64,000 nucleotides of DNA from Lama guanicoe (lineage: Eukaryota). Positions within the stretch are counted from its first letter, which is position 1. The number at the start of each line of letters is the position of its first letter. Below are positions 40,774 through 54,251 of the stretch, piece after piece. A program made the position numbers and the translations under genes. The notes under the pieces were generated by a model. The model was not told the DNA's origin, ran no database searches, and saw only the letters and a list, made by a program, of their open reading frames with translations. The stretch is from contig MU053365.1 of assembly GCA_013239625.1 (NCBI GenBank), positions 1,956,115-2,020,114 on the forward strand. Direction: 5' to 3'.

Positions 40774-41579
40774 CTACATAGTTCCAAGAATATAAAAAGA
40801 TATATGTGTTCATGAAATGTTATTGAACACTTTCCTGTTTTTCTATATAACCTTAATAATGAATAATTTAAACAGTTCTGTCATCACTCTGGAGTGAATA
40901 TGATTTTAACCGGGTTTGTTATATATTTAATTTTTGTTCAGTATTTTTATTGTATAAACAGTATGGGGCTGCTTAGTCCATCTTTTCAATTACTGTCTTG
41001 TAATATCTTGTGGAAGATACACTTCTAGAAAAAAATGTTTTAGTAGATATAAATTGCCTTCTGAGATTTGCAATAACTCTGTTTAACTATGCTTTCATAA
41101 TGTATTTACTTTTTCCATTTCCATAGTGAAAAAACCTTGGTTATATTTTAATCTAAGTTGCATAAATTGATAGCGATACTGAAGAATTCTGTGTGTATTA
41201 TATGTATGTGTTTGTATTATATAAATGTACATCATTTTGTTTTAATTATCTAATTATTCCTTCACGCACATACGCATTTCTTTCTCTATATATCAGAAGT
41301 GAAATACAGATCATTCACTATTAAACCAGAAACTCTAGCCATGTTACATCTGATAGGAAACTTTTCCATTAACCAGTGATGAATCCAATAAAACATTTTT
41401 AACTTAAGTAACTTTATAAAAGTATTACTGGAAATTACAGATTTCCAACAAATATATAAATGCCTTCTTTTTTTTTAGCTCAAATGCAACAAAGCTAAAA
41501 GTATCTGAGTGATGAGAATACAGAGGAAAATGGGAAGAGAAAAGGTAGCTTAGGTAAAGGGTTCTCAGGAGTAGCTTTG

Positions 41580-41920
41580 ATGGTTTGTCCTTATAACAAG
41601 CTGTTTTCTAGAAAAAATGAATTACCAACACTGACTCAAGGAGAAATAGAAAACCATGAGACCTATAATCATTTTGAAAAATTTAATTAGTATTCAAAAG
41701 CCTCTAATAAAGCACCAGGTTATTGTTAATGAACATTCTAAAGATGAATAATTCATACAGAAAAGAGTTTAGGGGTAGAGATCCTGAAGAGGTGCCAGAC
41801 TCATTTTATGACGTCAATTCAACCTCCATACAAAACTAGTTGGGGATAATATAAGAAAGTAAAATCAGAGGCAAATTTTTTGCTAATTGAACATTTTTGC
41901 AAAAATCTGATATGGAGAAT
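41580..41920 (+). mobile_element. Old L1 ORF2 fragment
   Basis: ctagaaaaaatgaattaccaacactgactcaaggagaaatagaaaacc. Confidence 0.65.
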
Positions 41921-42334
41921 TTATGTAAGTAAGTAACAGTAACATTTCTGTAAGTTTGAGATAAATCAAATATATGAGCCTTTGTTCTATGTATAAATGC
42001 CTATCTAATACATGGATTTTAAAATGTGGTTAAGGAGTCACACCCTCGCTTAGGGAAGAGTGGTTAAATCTGGATAGAGATTGAAAGGATCAGGGAGGGT
42101 TAATAAAGTAGGTTTCAATTGTGTCTCTACTTTTTTAGTAAATAAAAATCCAAAGCAAAAACTGCACATGTTAAGACTTGTTCAGTGCGAGCTGGGTCAC
42201 ATATACTGTTTATTATTCTTGGAGCTTTTCTAGGAGTTTGAAACCTTTCCTAATGAGAATCGTGAATACAGACAGATACGTACTTTTGGGCTCTGTAACA
42301 GGAGCAACTTAAGTGATCTCTCCTGAACCGACTC

Positions 42335-43380
42335 CAGTCAGGTTAAGAGGAAGAGAAATTGGAGACAGCAAGTATAAATAATGATTTCAAGGAGTTTAAC
42401 TGTAAGGGGGAACAGAGCAATGCGGAAATAGCTGGAGGAAGCTATCAGGGTCTCAAGGAAGGTTTTGTAAACATGACCGACATTATAGCATATTTTATGC
42501 TGATGGAAAATATACAATAATGAGAAATGTAGGCAATTCAAGCTAGGGAAGATTTTCTGGAAATACGCCCTCAACTAGGTGATGGGGAATGGGAGTCACT
42601 CTATGGCAGAGGCTTAACTGTAGCACTGGGAGCAAAGACAGAGTATTTAGTCTCAGTTACAGGTAGTTTGAACATGTGATAATGATCTTCGGGGCTTGTG
42701 GAAGTTGTCTTCTGATTTCTTGTCTTTTCTTGGTGAAGTAGGAGTATGTAGAGGGAAGCGGAATATGAAAAGGTGATAGTGCTCCAGGCAACATCACAGG
42801 CTCACTGGAGGGTAGGTGTTATGACCTTTAAGTGAGAGCCATTGGTATGGTTAGGTGTTTTCTACCAGCCACGTTCAGCTGCCTGAATGTAGGTGGAGGA
42901 ATAGCCTAAGTTAAACAGGCATTCTGGTTTTTTCCTGGATAGATAGAGAGGAATAAGAAAGATGAGAGTATAAGCAAATGAGTGATTACAATGATGGACG
43001 TCAGAATGGAAGCTGAGCAATGAAGGAGATAAGGACATGAGGGAGTGAGGGCAGGGAAGGACAAGAAAAAGGTGGCAGGATCAATGGATTAGAGGTCCCA
43101 CTGAGGGCTAAATATGGTTAGAAGTGTGTCGTAGAGAGGGTAACTTGAAAAGACAGGGGTCGTTGATCCAAGGCTGAGATTTATGAAATGGAGTTTATGG
43201 AGGGGCTACAGGTAATTGGTAGTGATGCTGTCTAGGACAACACTATGGGAGTGAGTGGCTAAGGTGGGGTAGAGGACAAGATCCTATGGTGATAAAATTA
43301 AGAAACTGAGGCCTGGCCATTGGGAGGACCATCCATGGGGATATTTAAGTCAAATATTATGACAGGAGCAGTGAGAGCCT
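42335..43380 (-). mobile_element. L2 internal fragment
   Basis: gaaattggagacagcaagtata...ttcaaggagttt...gtaagggggaacagag and other purine-rich antisense L2 motifs. Confidence 0.75.
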
Positions 43381-43419
43381 TCTGGTCCTAGATGAAACAT
43401 CCCCATTCCTTCCAGATCT

Positions 43420-46360
43420 CCCCTCTTACAGCTAAAAAAATCCCACAACAAAAGGAAAATAGGAAGGCTTTGAAAGGTTGAAAAAAGGAAGATTGCGTAG
43501 GGACCTTGGGACTGGAGGAGTGACATGACAGTGTGTCCCGAGTTTCCCTATTGTCATCCATGTATCCTGAACACTGCACTTAAGCGTCTTCAACCCAAAC
43601 CAACAAACGAGCCCACATAGAATAATTTTTAAACGCCTCTTTCCCAAAGCCAGAGGACTTGAAAAAGAATGACTTAAGAACAGAAAACCTTTTTGACAAT
43701 AACCATCTGGCTCCAGCCAAACACCAAGGCAAATACACACCCCCTACTGATTTCAGCTGGCCTAAGCAGGTAGCTGATATTCCCAACGTTTCCCACCTCC
43801 CACCCCTACCCCACAGGAACAGCCAGCAAGTGTTCTTGTTCCCCCAGTGGTGCAATATGGGTGAAACCAAGAGGAGATCTGATCTTCTGGCCCATGCTCA
43901 GAAGCAGGAGGCGATCTAACTGCCCACAGCCAAGTTAGTGTAGGTGGGGCTGAGCAGGGAGCTGATCTTCCACCCCTCACCCAGTAGAATTGGGTGCTAC
44001 TCTGATTGTCAGCAAGCTGAGCCTCAACTCCCACCTAGCGGCAATGAGACATAAGGAGGATGTGCTAGTCAGAGCAAGTCAGCGCTTGTCCTCCCGCCTG
44101 CCTGTCCCAGGTGTCAGCTGGCTTCAGCAAATAAATGTGCCTCTACTCTCAATCGGCAACAAGACTGAACAAGGTGGTATGACTAGGCTGGACACGTGAA
44201 TTTCCCCCACTGCTGGCGTCAGTGGGGCCCCGTGCAGAACTTCACATCCACACCCAACTGTCAGCAACAGACAGCCTAAAGAATGTGCTATGAGGCAGTG
44301 CTAGTCAACATTCCCGCATTCCTTCTCCCTCCCCTTGTCCCCGTGGGGAGGAAACTGATTCCCCATATCCATCAGCATCAATGAGTTAGGAGGAGGTATT
44401 GCAAGGTGGGGCTAACAACCTTTCTCCCCGCCCTCCCCCCCCAATGCAGAGCTGAGCTTACACCACAAAGAAGGAACGAGGCATTGCAAGTTGGTGCCCA
44501 ATTTCTGTGAAGGGGTCAGCAAGGTCAAGGGTGAGCTGAACTTCCACGTCACCCATGTGTGCTGGGGATGTATGACTCAGGACTCCATTTTTGCTGGAAA
44601 CATGTTGGTAAGGCTGAGGGGGTGTTGAACCCACGTGCCCACGAAAACCTTCCACTATACCCTAACAGGGGAATTCCCTGCTAAGAGGGAATATTAAATA
44701 TGATCCATAATATTCTAATTTGACATCTTTGTCTGTTCAGACTGTTATAACAGAATAGCATAGATTAGGCAGCTTATAAAAAAAATTACTCACAGTTCTG
44801 GAGGCTGGGAAGTCCATGATCAAGGTACCAGCAGATCTGGTGTCTGGTGAGGGTCTGCTTACCCGGTTCATGGATGTCAGTCTTTTTGCTGTGTTCTCAC
44901 AGGGAGGAAGGGCAAGTGATCTCTCCGGGGTGCTTTAATAAAGGCATATATTCTGTTCATGAGGGCTCTGCCCTATGTCTTAATCACCTCCCAAACGCCT
45001 CACTTCCAAATACTGTCACATAGAGGGTTAGGTTTCAATGTATGAATTTCCAGGGGATACAAACATTCAGTCTATAGCAATATTCCAAAAGGCCAGGACA
45101 CAAAAAGAAATTAAGCATACCAAGAACCAGGAAAAAGAAATCAACACAAATGAGAAAAAGGGATACAAAACAAATTGCAGCAGAATCAAGTTCAAAGTCA
45201 AAGACAACTGAAAAATCTCCAAGGCTTTGAAAATTAAGCATTTCTAAATAATCCCTGTGTCAAACAGGAATTCTTAGAGAAAACAGAAATACATAGAGCT
45301 CAATGATAATGAAAATATAATAGATCAAATTATACAGGCGGCAACTAAGGGAAATTTACAACGTGAAATTCTTAGATTGGAAAGGACGAAACACTCAAAT
45401 CAGTCATTTCCCACATCAGGAAATTAGAAAAGTAAGAGAAAAATAAACCCAGTGCAAGTAGGAGTAAGTAAACAAAAAGAGCAGAAATTAGTAACTTGAA
45501 AACAAAGAATACACAAAAATCAACAAAACAAGAAAGTTGGTTCCTCTAAAGTATCAGTGAAATTGAGTTAACCTCTAAAAGAGAACAATAATTTAAAGAG
45601 ACAAAATTCCAATATCAAGAATGGAAAAAATAATACGACTACAGATCCTGCAGTTATAATAAGGATAATATAAAGGATAATAAGGGAATGCTATAAACAA
45701 CTCTACACATGCACATAATATTGGAAACTGCAGAAGGAAAATGGACAAATTCCTTGATAGCCACAAACTACTGAAATTCAACCAAGATGAATTAGGCAAT
45801 TCGACTAGTCTTATAACCATTAAAGAAGTTGAGTTTGCAATAAAAGAACTCCTGCAAAGGAACTCTCCAGGCCCAGATGGTTTACAGGAGAATTCCACCA
45901 AATATTTAAAGAGGAATTGACTCCAAATTTACATAGTCCCTTCCAGAAAACTGAAGAAGAATCACCCTCCCAACTCACTTCATGAGGCTAGTGTTATCCT
46001 GATACCAAAATTAGACAAAAGCAGAAAGTGAAAAAGAAAAGGAAATGAAAAAACTGTAGGTCATTTTCTCAAACAAACAAAGCTGCAAAATACGTCAACA
46101 AAATACTTGAAAATAGAATCTGGCAAAGAAGAATAATTACCGTGAGCAAGTTGCTTTTATTCTAGGTATGCAAAACTGGTTCAATATTTGAAAAGTCAAT
46201 TCATGTAATCCACCATATCAACAAGGTTAAGAAGAAAACCCACATGACCATAGTAATTGACGCAGAACAAACATTTGATAAAATCCAATGCCTATCATTG
46301 CTAAAAAGAAAAAAACAAAAAAAACCCTCAGCCAACTAGGAATAGAGGACTTTCTTCATT
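43420..46360 (+). mobile_element. Old L1: 5'UTR-like region plus ORF2 remnant, interrupted by an MLT1A-like LTR
   Basis: GC-richer region with degenerate repeated gagctga.cttccac units (43900-44560). ORF2 motifs ctccaggcccagatggttt (SPGPDG) and tgataaaatccaa. Confidence 0.75.
44724..45079 (-). mobile_element. MaLR solo LTR (MLT1A-like)
   Basis: ctcacagttctggaggctgggaagtcc..gatcaaggt; ends ggggatacaaacattcagtctatagca. Confidence 0.92.
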
Positions 46361-46389
46361 CTTCCCACAAAGCCCCTTACATCTCAGAA

Positions 46390-46690
46390 CCAGCAACAGT
46401 GCATTGAATCCTTCCCAGACTTGGAGTATTTTTGACTTACCCTTCTGCCGCATTTCTCCTGCTGCATCTCTCCTACCTCTTCTGATGCAACTCTCTGACT
46501 TTCTTTGACCTTCCCCCTCCTACTTATATCATTGAGCCCACCTGGCTGATCCAGGCTATACTCATAACCTGTCACCTGATTACTAACCTAATTACATCTG
46601 CAAAGTCCCTTCACAGCAGTACCTATTTTAGTGCTTGAGTGAATAATTAGGTGATGGGAATCTTGGAGAGAGGGTTAGATATGTGCCTAA
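46390..46690 (-). mobile_element. MaLR LTR fragment (MLT1-type)
   Basis: taattacatctgcaaagtcccttcacagcagtacct...gggaatcttgg. Confidence 0.75.
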
Positions 46691-48329
46691 TAAATGGCAC
46701 TAAATGCCAAATTCAGACAAATCTCCGTATGGACAGGGGTAGGAAGTCTTAGTGGATAAATCTGACTTAAATTTCTTCCTTTTTTCTATTCCTATATTTA
46801 CTAAATATTTACTGAATGAATGTATGTACTCAGACTGGGCTAAACGAAAAGGTTAAAGAGGTGACTAAGAAACAGATCCTCTAGGATCTGGTAATCTTGT
46901 GGCAAATACCAAGAGGTAAAATTTTGTGAATAGCAGGAAATGAAAAGATAGACTGCAGGGAGAGGTGTGTGTTGGGAGGGGTGCTGTGATAGCTTAAGGC
47001 TCCTGGACCAGACAATGAAGACGATGAAGGACAAAGTTTACAATCCACCGTTGTCCGGCGCTGGGAGACCTGATGATTTCCACAATCGTTTCAGGACTAA
47101 GGCTACATCTAAGAAATGGTAGGCAGGTATAGAAGCCTTAAGGCAGGCTATATGAAGGCTGGATGGAGATCACAGGGATTTCCATATACTTAAACAGTAT
47201 AGCTCTGTAGGAGAGGCCTTGATGGGAGGTTGGAAAAGGCCCCGTAATATTCCACGTTTCTGGTCCTCAGTAACCATCTTTGCTGTGTTTCTTATTTGAA
47301 ATGTAGAAGATAAACATTTGTATTTCAAAAGTAATAATTTTCAAAATTATACTGAGAAATAATATGGCAACAATTGTTGATAGTAAATTTATTTCTTCCT
47401 TCTTTCCTTTCTTTCTTCTTTTAACTTTTGAAGGAAAATGGGGAAGTTGAAGGTTGGGTAACATTTTGTTATACAAACAAAACAAATCATTTCCCTATGA
47501 CCTCCTGGCACTTATGTAGGTGTCCATCATTTATAGGAACCACTGCAGTGCCCCGTTTTACACAGTTCACACTATTGGAGTTCTATTTTTCCTCCTAAGA
47601 TGAAATCTTCCTAAAAATCACTTTCCTTTTTATTTTTAACTTCCCTTGGAGGAACAGCTTGGGGTAAGGAGACATTTCACTGTGGTGCCAAGTGAAAGGC
47701 TCCTGAAGGAAACAGTGGGAGTGACCATTTTGACATTGACCATCCTGGGTTAAAATAAATTTTTGATAAGAAAAAAAAATGGCCCATGAAAATAGGATCC
47801 AGGCCAGCACCAATCATTCTGGTGCCAACTTGGGAAACCATTGTACTTAGTGCACACATAATCTAACTGGCGAGACACAAAAGGTACTAGAGAGGTTGTT
47901 TTAGGGATAGTGTATGTCATGATGACTTTCAAAATAATTTAAGGCTCATTCACATTTAAACAGTACAAAATGAGACAAGATGAGACAGAGATAATCTTAA
48001 TACTCAGTTCAAGTTTTATCTCTTCCAGGAAGTCTTCCCTGACCCTGCTCCCTTTGAGCTCTTAAAGCTGCGTTAGACGCCTCTTCCTCTGTCTTACCGT
48101 AGGCTCTGTGCTTCTCTGTAGGGATGCGTGCATCTCCTGAAGGTTGGAAACTGCTAATAGTTTAAGATGGGCTTCAGCTTCAGGGGATGCTACTTATTTT
48201 GTGGCAGGTCAATAGACCTTGCTAAATGCTTGGCATAGACTAAGTACTTAATAAATAGCTGCTCACAGTTATAAGGTGGGCACAGAAATAGGACCTGAGT
48301 TTCTTGATAGTAAAGGAAATAAAGGTGCC

Positions 48330-48829
48330 ATAATGAATTATGAAATTTGAGGACCCTTTTCTGTTTATTTTTACTTGCTCTTTCAGAAACAGGCACACAG
48401 GGAATCACATCCTCTTTTTTGAAACACTTTCCTCTCTCAACTTCTTTGACAATGTACTGCCTTTGTTTCTCTCCCTGCCTCACTGGCTACTCTTTTTCAG
48501 TGTCTATTTTTTTTTCTCCTTGTAACATTTGGAATTCCTCTCAACTCTACCCTGGGCCACATTTCCCTCTCTCTCTGTTTTTTTTTTCCATAAGTGATCT
48601 CATTTATTTCCATGGCTTTAAGAATCAGTTATGTTCACAAATCTCAAAGGTATATGTATAGTCCACACCTCTCTTTTGAATTTCAGACTCAAACACTCCA
48701 TTGTCTACATGTATCTCTAAAAGAATGTCTAATATTTATCTCAAAAGTAACATTCAACAATCAACATGGGACTGCTTATTTCTTTTTCATCCTCCCAAGT
48801 CTTTTCTCCATCACCCCAATCTTCTCAAT
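48330..48829 (+). mobile_element. L2, part 5' of the ERV insertion
   Basis: tgaaacactttcctctct, ctcactggctactc, tccatggcttt, ttcagactc. Confidence 0.8.
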
Positions 48830-49270
48830 AATGGCAGCCTTGAGGATGCTCCTCCCAGACATCTAAAATTACAAGAAGTGTAATTGAACAAGTGCTCAGA
48901 TGTTGAGCTCTGAAATCCATCCACATATTTGTGCAGAGGCTACATTTTTTTCACAGACTACTCCCAGCCAATGACTGAGGGCAGCAGGAATATTAAAGAA
49001 GGCATATTTACTCCTCTGATAGATGACTTTGGCTTAAGTATTCCCTGATGACCTTGCTGACCCTTCCCTAGACTACACTGGGAAGTCAGTGCTTCCACTC
49101 AAACTTCTTTCCTTCCTTCTTTCCTCTGTTCCAAGTCAAACCTACACTAATACCTCTCAGCCTTTCTTAACTCCCTCCTTATTTCCTCTCACAAGTGTTT
49201 ACCCTAATAAAATCCATGTGTGTTTAATGCTATCTTGGAGTCTGATTTTTAGAGGACCCAGATTAATAAA
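48830..49270 (+). mobile_element. ERV-L 5' LTR (LTR16-like)
   Basis: tggcagcc start; ctcccagccaatgactgag; AATAAA at 49206-49211; agaggacccagattaa end; PBS-like tggtacca at 49274-49281. Confidence 0.8.
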
Positions 49271-52200
49271 AAGTGGTACCAAAAATAGGGTGGTCTGAGA
49301 AGCAGGCAATAAGATGGGGTTTTGGTATTGGCTTAGCCATTGCCCAGCAGATGAAAAGGTGGGGCCTGTTGGTAGGTAAGGCACTGGTAGTCCCTAGCAC
49401 AAGTTGATGACTCAGTTACTAAAGATTTTTCAGCAGGCGATCTGGGAAAAGACAACAGTGGAGGAGACTTTTGTGTCAGTGTAACGAGGTAGGCATTTGA
49501 AGAATATGGGGAGTACAATGCCCACAAGATAGCAGTTGGCTAGTTAATATTAAGTTGTATCTATACACTGCAGAAGGACAGTGAGAGACTGAAAGATATT
49601 AACAAGCAACTTATGGCTCAGCATGAGAGCCAGAGGCCTTTGCTGATAGGTGGTAGTGTATAAAGTGGCCCTTATCACCTATAGTAAAGAGCAGATGGCT
49701 GAACAACAGGTTGAAGACCCAAGTGTGAATGAACCAGAGATTCAGGGATGTTTCAGTGTTTAGCCAAGGAAGGTCAGTTATGCAAAGGTCAGAGCCCTGG
49801 AGTCTCAATACATGGCGTGAAGACATACCCTGAGGATGCTGGCTCTGCAACTGCTTGACACCTAGGACTTCTAGGCTTGCAAAGGCAGCTCACACGTTCT
49901 CTCAAAAGACCTAGTACTTCTGCTGTATTGCAAGATTCACAAAGCAACCAGTACCTCCCTCAGGATCTGCCCCCCTGCCTCTCTTGCCTGCTGGTCTCAT
50001 AACTAGACTTAAATCCCACTATAACCTGACTGGGGATATGCCAGGCCTATAAGGAAGGGAAGATATACATGTGAAGAAGTATAATAATTAGCTGGTAAGT
50101 ACTGGCAGGGGCCAGGATCATATGCTTAAAATTGGATTTTGAAGGTACTTGATCAAGGGGGCCAGAATGTGAGACTGGCTAGGCAATAATTTATTAACTT
50201 GAGGATACTTAATTGGACCCAGGACACCCTAGCCGAATCCTGGAGAATGAAGCAAATTTGCTGTTGGGGTGGCTATCAGAAGCCAGAAAAAAGCTATGGT
50301 CAATACTCAATGGAAATAGCTGATTAGCACTGGAAAATAGTAGAGGGAGGGGAAAAATACCATTAGAACTGGGCACTTGTACCTGGAATACCAGAGTCTT
50401 ATGATCCAGTGAAGGCCCAAGTGGACATACTGTTCACCAAGGCCATCAGGAATGTGCTGGTGACAGGGACTTCAGCATCACTAAGGAGTTCAACTTTGTT
50501 TTCTTCTACAGGCCAGGAATGATGGTAGAAAAGGTATTCAACAAGCTGAGCTCATTAATATCCACGAGGATGATAGGGCCTCAAAATAACAGAGACCAGC
50601 TCACAGCACTTAAATGCCAGAACCCATAATACCACAAACACCATGATGACCAACAAGTTCTGAGAAGCAACCAAGGGTGCTTGACCCACAAGAAGTCATA
50701 GAAATAAGTTGAGCATGGCATCCCTAGAGGTAAAGTAGATAAGCAACTAGCAAATGTGCTATTTAACATCTATAAGTAAAAATAAAAAGAAAATAATAAG
50801 ATGGAAAAACAAGAGGCTGTGGGTGGTTGACTCAATAAAAAGTCATGATTTCTTGCTTAGACCTGAATCAATTTTCAGATCTGGAATCCAATGACTGAAA
50901 AGATGGACAAATCCATAGGAAGAAGACCCCTTAAACACCATGGCTTGTATATTCCATGACAATTTTTAAAGCCTTTCACCCAAAGGACCTAGGGTCATTG
51001 ACTTAGGTGACTGTACAGTAAGGAAAGGGCTTTTTAGGACTATTTTTAGGACTGTTTCTTAGGACTATTTTTAGGGCTATTAATGACAGTCGACATGGAT
51101 ACACAGAGACCCACATTGTCATCACACTCTCCTCCCCCAGTAGACTGGTAACTTAGAAATCAAGTAATGAATGGAGTACTGGCTAAAGTGTGGCTCACAT
51201 TGGGCTCACTGGGTCTACAAACATACCCAGTGGTCATTTTTCCAGTCCCCACATACACAGCTGAAATTGATAGACTTGTAAGTTTGAGTAAGCCCCACAC
51301 TGGGGCCCTGGTCTGTGAAGTAAGGGCTATCATATTAGGGAAGACCAAATAGAAACCCCCGAAATCACCTGAAAATGGTACTAAAGCAAAACAATATCTT
51401 ATCATTGTAAGGGAGGGTATGGTTGAGATCAGTGTCACCATTAAAGATCTAAAGGATACAGAAGTGATACTCTATATTTCTATTTAATTTTCCAACTTGG
51501 ACCCTGTAGAAAATGGATGGATCCTGAAGAATGACTGTATACAATCACAGTGTTAAACAAGTAGGAAGTCTGATTTCAGATACCGTGCTGGATGTGATAT
51601 CTTTGTGAGGGCACATTAATAAGTCCTCCAATACACTACATGCCATCATTGATATAATGGATGTATTCTTTTACATTCTAATTAGCAAAGAGTATCAGTA
51701 ATAATTTTCATTTACATGGGATCAATAGCATTCATTTATAACGTGTCACAGTTATGCTAACTTCTTATACTCTTTTATAATATAGTCTGAAGAAATCTGG
51801 ACCATCTGGACATCTCATACCCAAAAGAGTTGCACCAAAGGTCTTCCTTGGCTTGTCGATATGGACATATAAAGACTCCCGCATGACTGACTGGAAGAAG
51901 AGGAAAACTCTGAACTTGTTTTATGGCTGAGTCAGCATGCTATGGGAATGCAAAGCAAAAATGGACAGTGGCTGCATTATAGCCACATTCAAGGCTAATC
52001 TTATAAGATAGTGGAGAACAAAATCTTCTCAGTGGTAAGAGCTGCAAGTAGTGTACCTGGTTATCTACTTTGTGCAGAGGGAGAAGGGGCCTAAGGTGAG
52101 AATACATAGGTTCCTTGGCAGTGGTCAATGGCCTGGCCTTCTAATCTGGGCCTTTGGAAGACAAAGACTAGAAGTTAAGACAAAGACGTCTAAGGAAGAG

Positions 52201-53435
52201 GCATGTGATAGACATATGGGAGTGGGCATGAAGTGTGAAAACTTATATTGCATATTAATGTTCAGCAGAAAGTATTCATCAGAAAGACACACTGAAAACC
52301 ACATTGATGCAATGACTTGGGGTCAGTTGAGCTTACCAGCCTTTCTCATCAGCCATCCCAGAAGTTGTATAATGGGCATATGAGTGGAGTGCCCATAGTG
52401 GCAGAGGTGGTGGCTACATGTGGGCCCAACAGCATGGACTTCCACTGACATAGCTTTTGTTATCTCTGAATGTCCAACTTGTCAGCAATGTAGACATCAT
52501 TCTACATGGAGACCAATTGGCCACATGGTGGCAATTTGACTACACTGGGCATGTCCATCCTGGTAGGGCCAGCATTTCATTTTCACAGGAATAGGCACTT
52601 ACACAGACATGAGTTTGCCTTTCCTTCTTATAGAAACTTAGCCACCCTCTGTGCACTTATGGAATCCCAGGTCCATAGGTCTGGTATCCCACACAACATA
52701 GCATCCAACCAGAGTGTCCACTCCACAGAAAAGGAGTGGGTCTATGACCAGAGGCTCCACTGACCATATCACACACCATACCATCCAGAAACAGCTGGCT
52801 GCTTAGGATGCTGAAACTACTTCTAAAGATGCAATTGAAGTCCCAGATCAAGAGAAATACTCTGAAATGATGGGACAGCATCCTTTGAAAAGCAGTATAT
52901 TAGAGTGCATTTTCTAAATCAGAGGCCTCTCTATGGCACTGTGTCTCCCTTAGGAAGGTACATGTATCTGGAAACCAAGGGTTGGCATCAAGATTGGCCC
53001 CGCACCGCCACTCTCAGTGACCCAATGGGAAATTTTGTGCTTCCTATCCTCATAATTCAGGTCTCTGGGGGGCTGAAGGGTTTAGTTCACAAAGGGGCTT
53101 GCCAGGGGACATAAGTAACAGCAAGCTACGGCTGCCACCAGGGTCCTTTGTGTTCCTGAAGTGCAAGGACCGGCAGGTGAGAAGAGGAGTCACCATGCTG
53201 GCATATGTAACTGGTCCCAATCATCAGGCTAAGGGAAGGCTTCTTCTTCTCTGCTGGGGCCAAGAGGATTATGTGTGGATCCCAAGTGATCTGGTATGTC
53301 TTGGCACTCTCTTGCCCTCTTGTAACTGCGAGTACACAAGTGCAGCGACCCGAGTCTCAGGTCTCAGAGTTCTCAGGAATGAAAGTTTGGGTCATACCAC
53401 CAGGTATGACACCAAGACCTGCTAAGAAGATAGCT
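49271..53435 (+). mobile_element. ERV-L internal region (ERV3-16A3-like): decayed gag-pro-RT-RNaseH-IN-dUTPase
   Basis: gag WILKVLDQGGQNVRL (~50135); NGVLAKVWLTLGSLGLQTYPVVIFPVP (51167); EISVTIKDLKD (RT); WTVAAL (RNase H); WAQQHGLPL...ECPTCQQ, GDQLATWWQFDY and GIPHNIAS (IN); KLRLPPG..GVTMLA (dUTPase after IN); GMKVWVIPPG. Many stops and frameshifts; no env seen. Confidence 0.92.
51031..51079 (+). repeat. 12-13-bp tandem repeat (tttttaggacta) x4 within the ERV protease region
   Basis: Units start at 51031, 51043, 51055 and 51068. Confidence 0.9.
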
Positions 53436-53477
53436 CAGGCAACTGGTCCCCCCACCCTACCAAATCTGGCTCTGATT

Positions 53478-54250
53478 AATTCCAATCCATCAACAGGCAC
53501 TGTGGGATTTCCCTCCAGAAATATTTTAAAAAATCCATCTACTTCTCTCATTTCCACTTTTATACCTTAGTCTAAAGCCATAATCATACCACATTTGGGT
53601 CACCACAAGAGCCCCTTAGTCTCCTTTCTTTTATCCTGCTACAATTCACCCACCCTGCAATTGTCAAAGTGAATTAAAAATAACAAATCAAATTCCTTCT
53701 ATGTGTTTAAAAACTTCCAGTACTTCCTGACCAATTTTAACATAAAACTCTAATTCCGAACATACACTACAAGCTACTGCATGAGCTGGCCCTTAATCTC
53801 TTTCCAACCACATCTGTACACTCTTTACTGTAGCTCATCAACCACACCAGCCTTGAATTTCTCCGTAGTGTTAGAACAGGCAATCGCTTTCTTGCCTCAG
53901 CGTCTTTGTACCAGTAGTTCTTTTTGGATCTTGAGTGGTAGACTTCCATTTGTCATTCTGTTCTTGGTACAAATTCCACATACTTACTGATGCCTTTTCT
54001 GGACACCCAGCATAAAGTACAAAAGTAGGTTTCTCATTCCTCCCTAACTCATGGCTATTCTCTCTGAATACTTTTTCATTATTCACTTATTCTTGTGGAT
54101 TTTTTGTTTGTTTGTTTGTTTTTGCTTATTCTCCATCTCCTCAAACAGCCTTTAAAAGTGATTATTTCAAGAATTAATTGTGCCTTGTTTACTATTAAAT
54201 GTCCAGTGTCAAATAGAATACAAGGCACATGGAAGATGCTCAAAAAATAT
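53478..54250 (+). mobile_element. L2, part 3' of the ERV insertion, including tail
   Basis: tccaatccatcaacag...catctacttctc; tail ggcacatggaagatgctcaaaaaatattt. Confidence 0.8.
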
Positions 54251-54251
54251 T

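Noticed and set aside
47000..47125. Coding-looking stretch with several CpGs (MKTMKDKVYNPPLSGAGRPDD...)
   Set aside because: Short (<40 codons), with no splice signals or homology that I recognise.
49271..53435. Domesticated ERV-L gene (Fv1-like gag or intact pol)
   Set aside because: Frequent stops and frameshifts. The longest ORFs are ~110 aa and drift out of the homologous frame.
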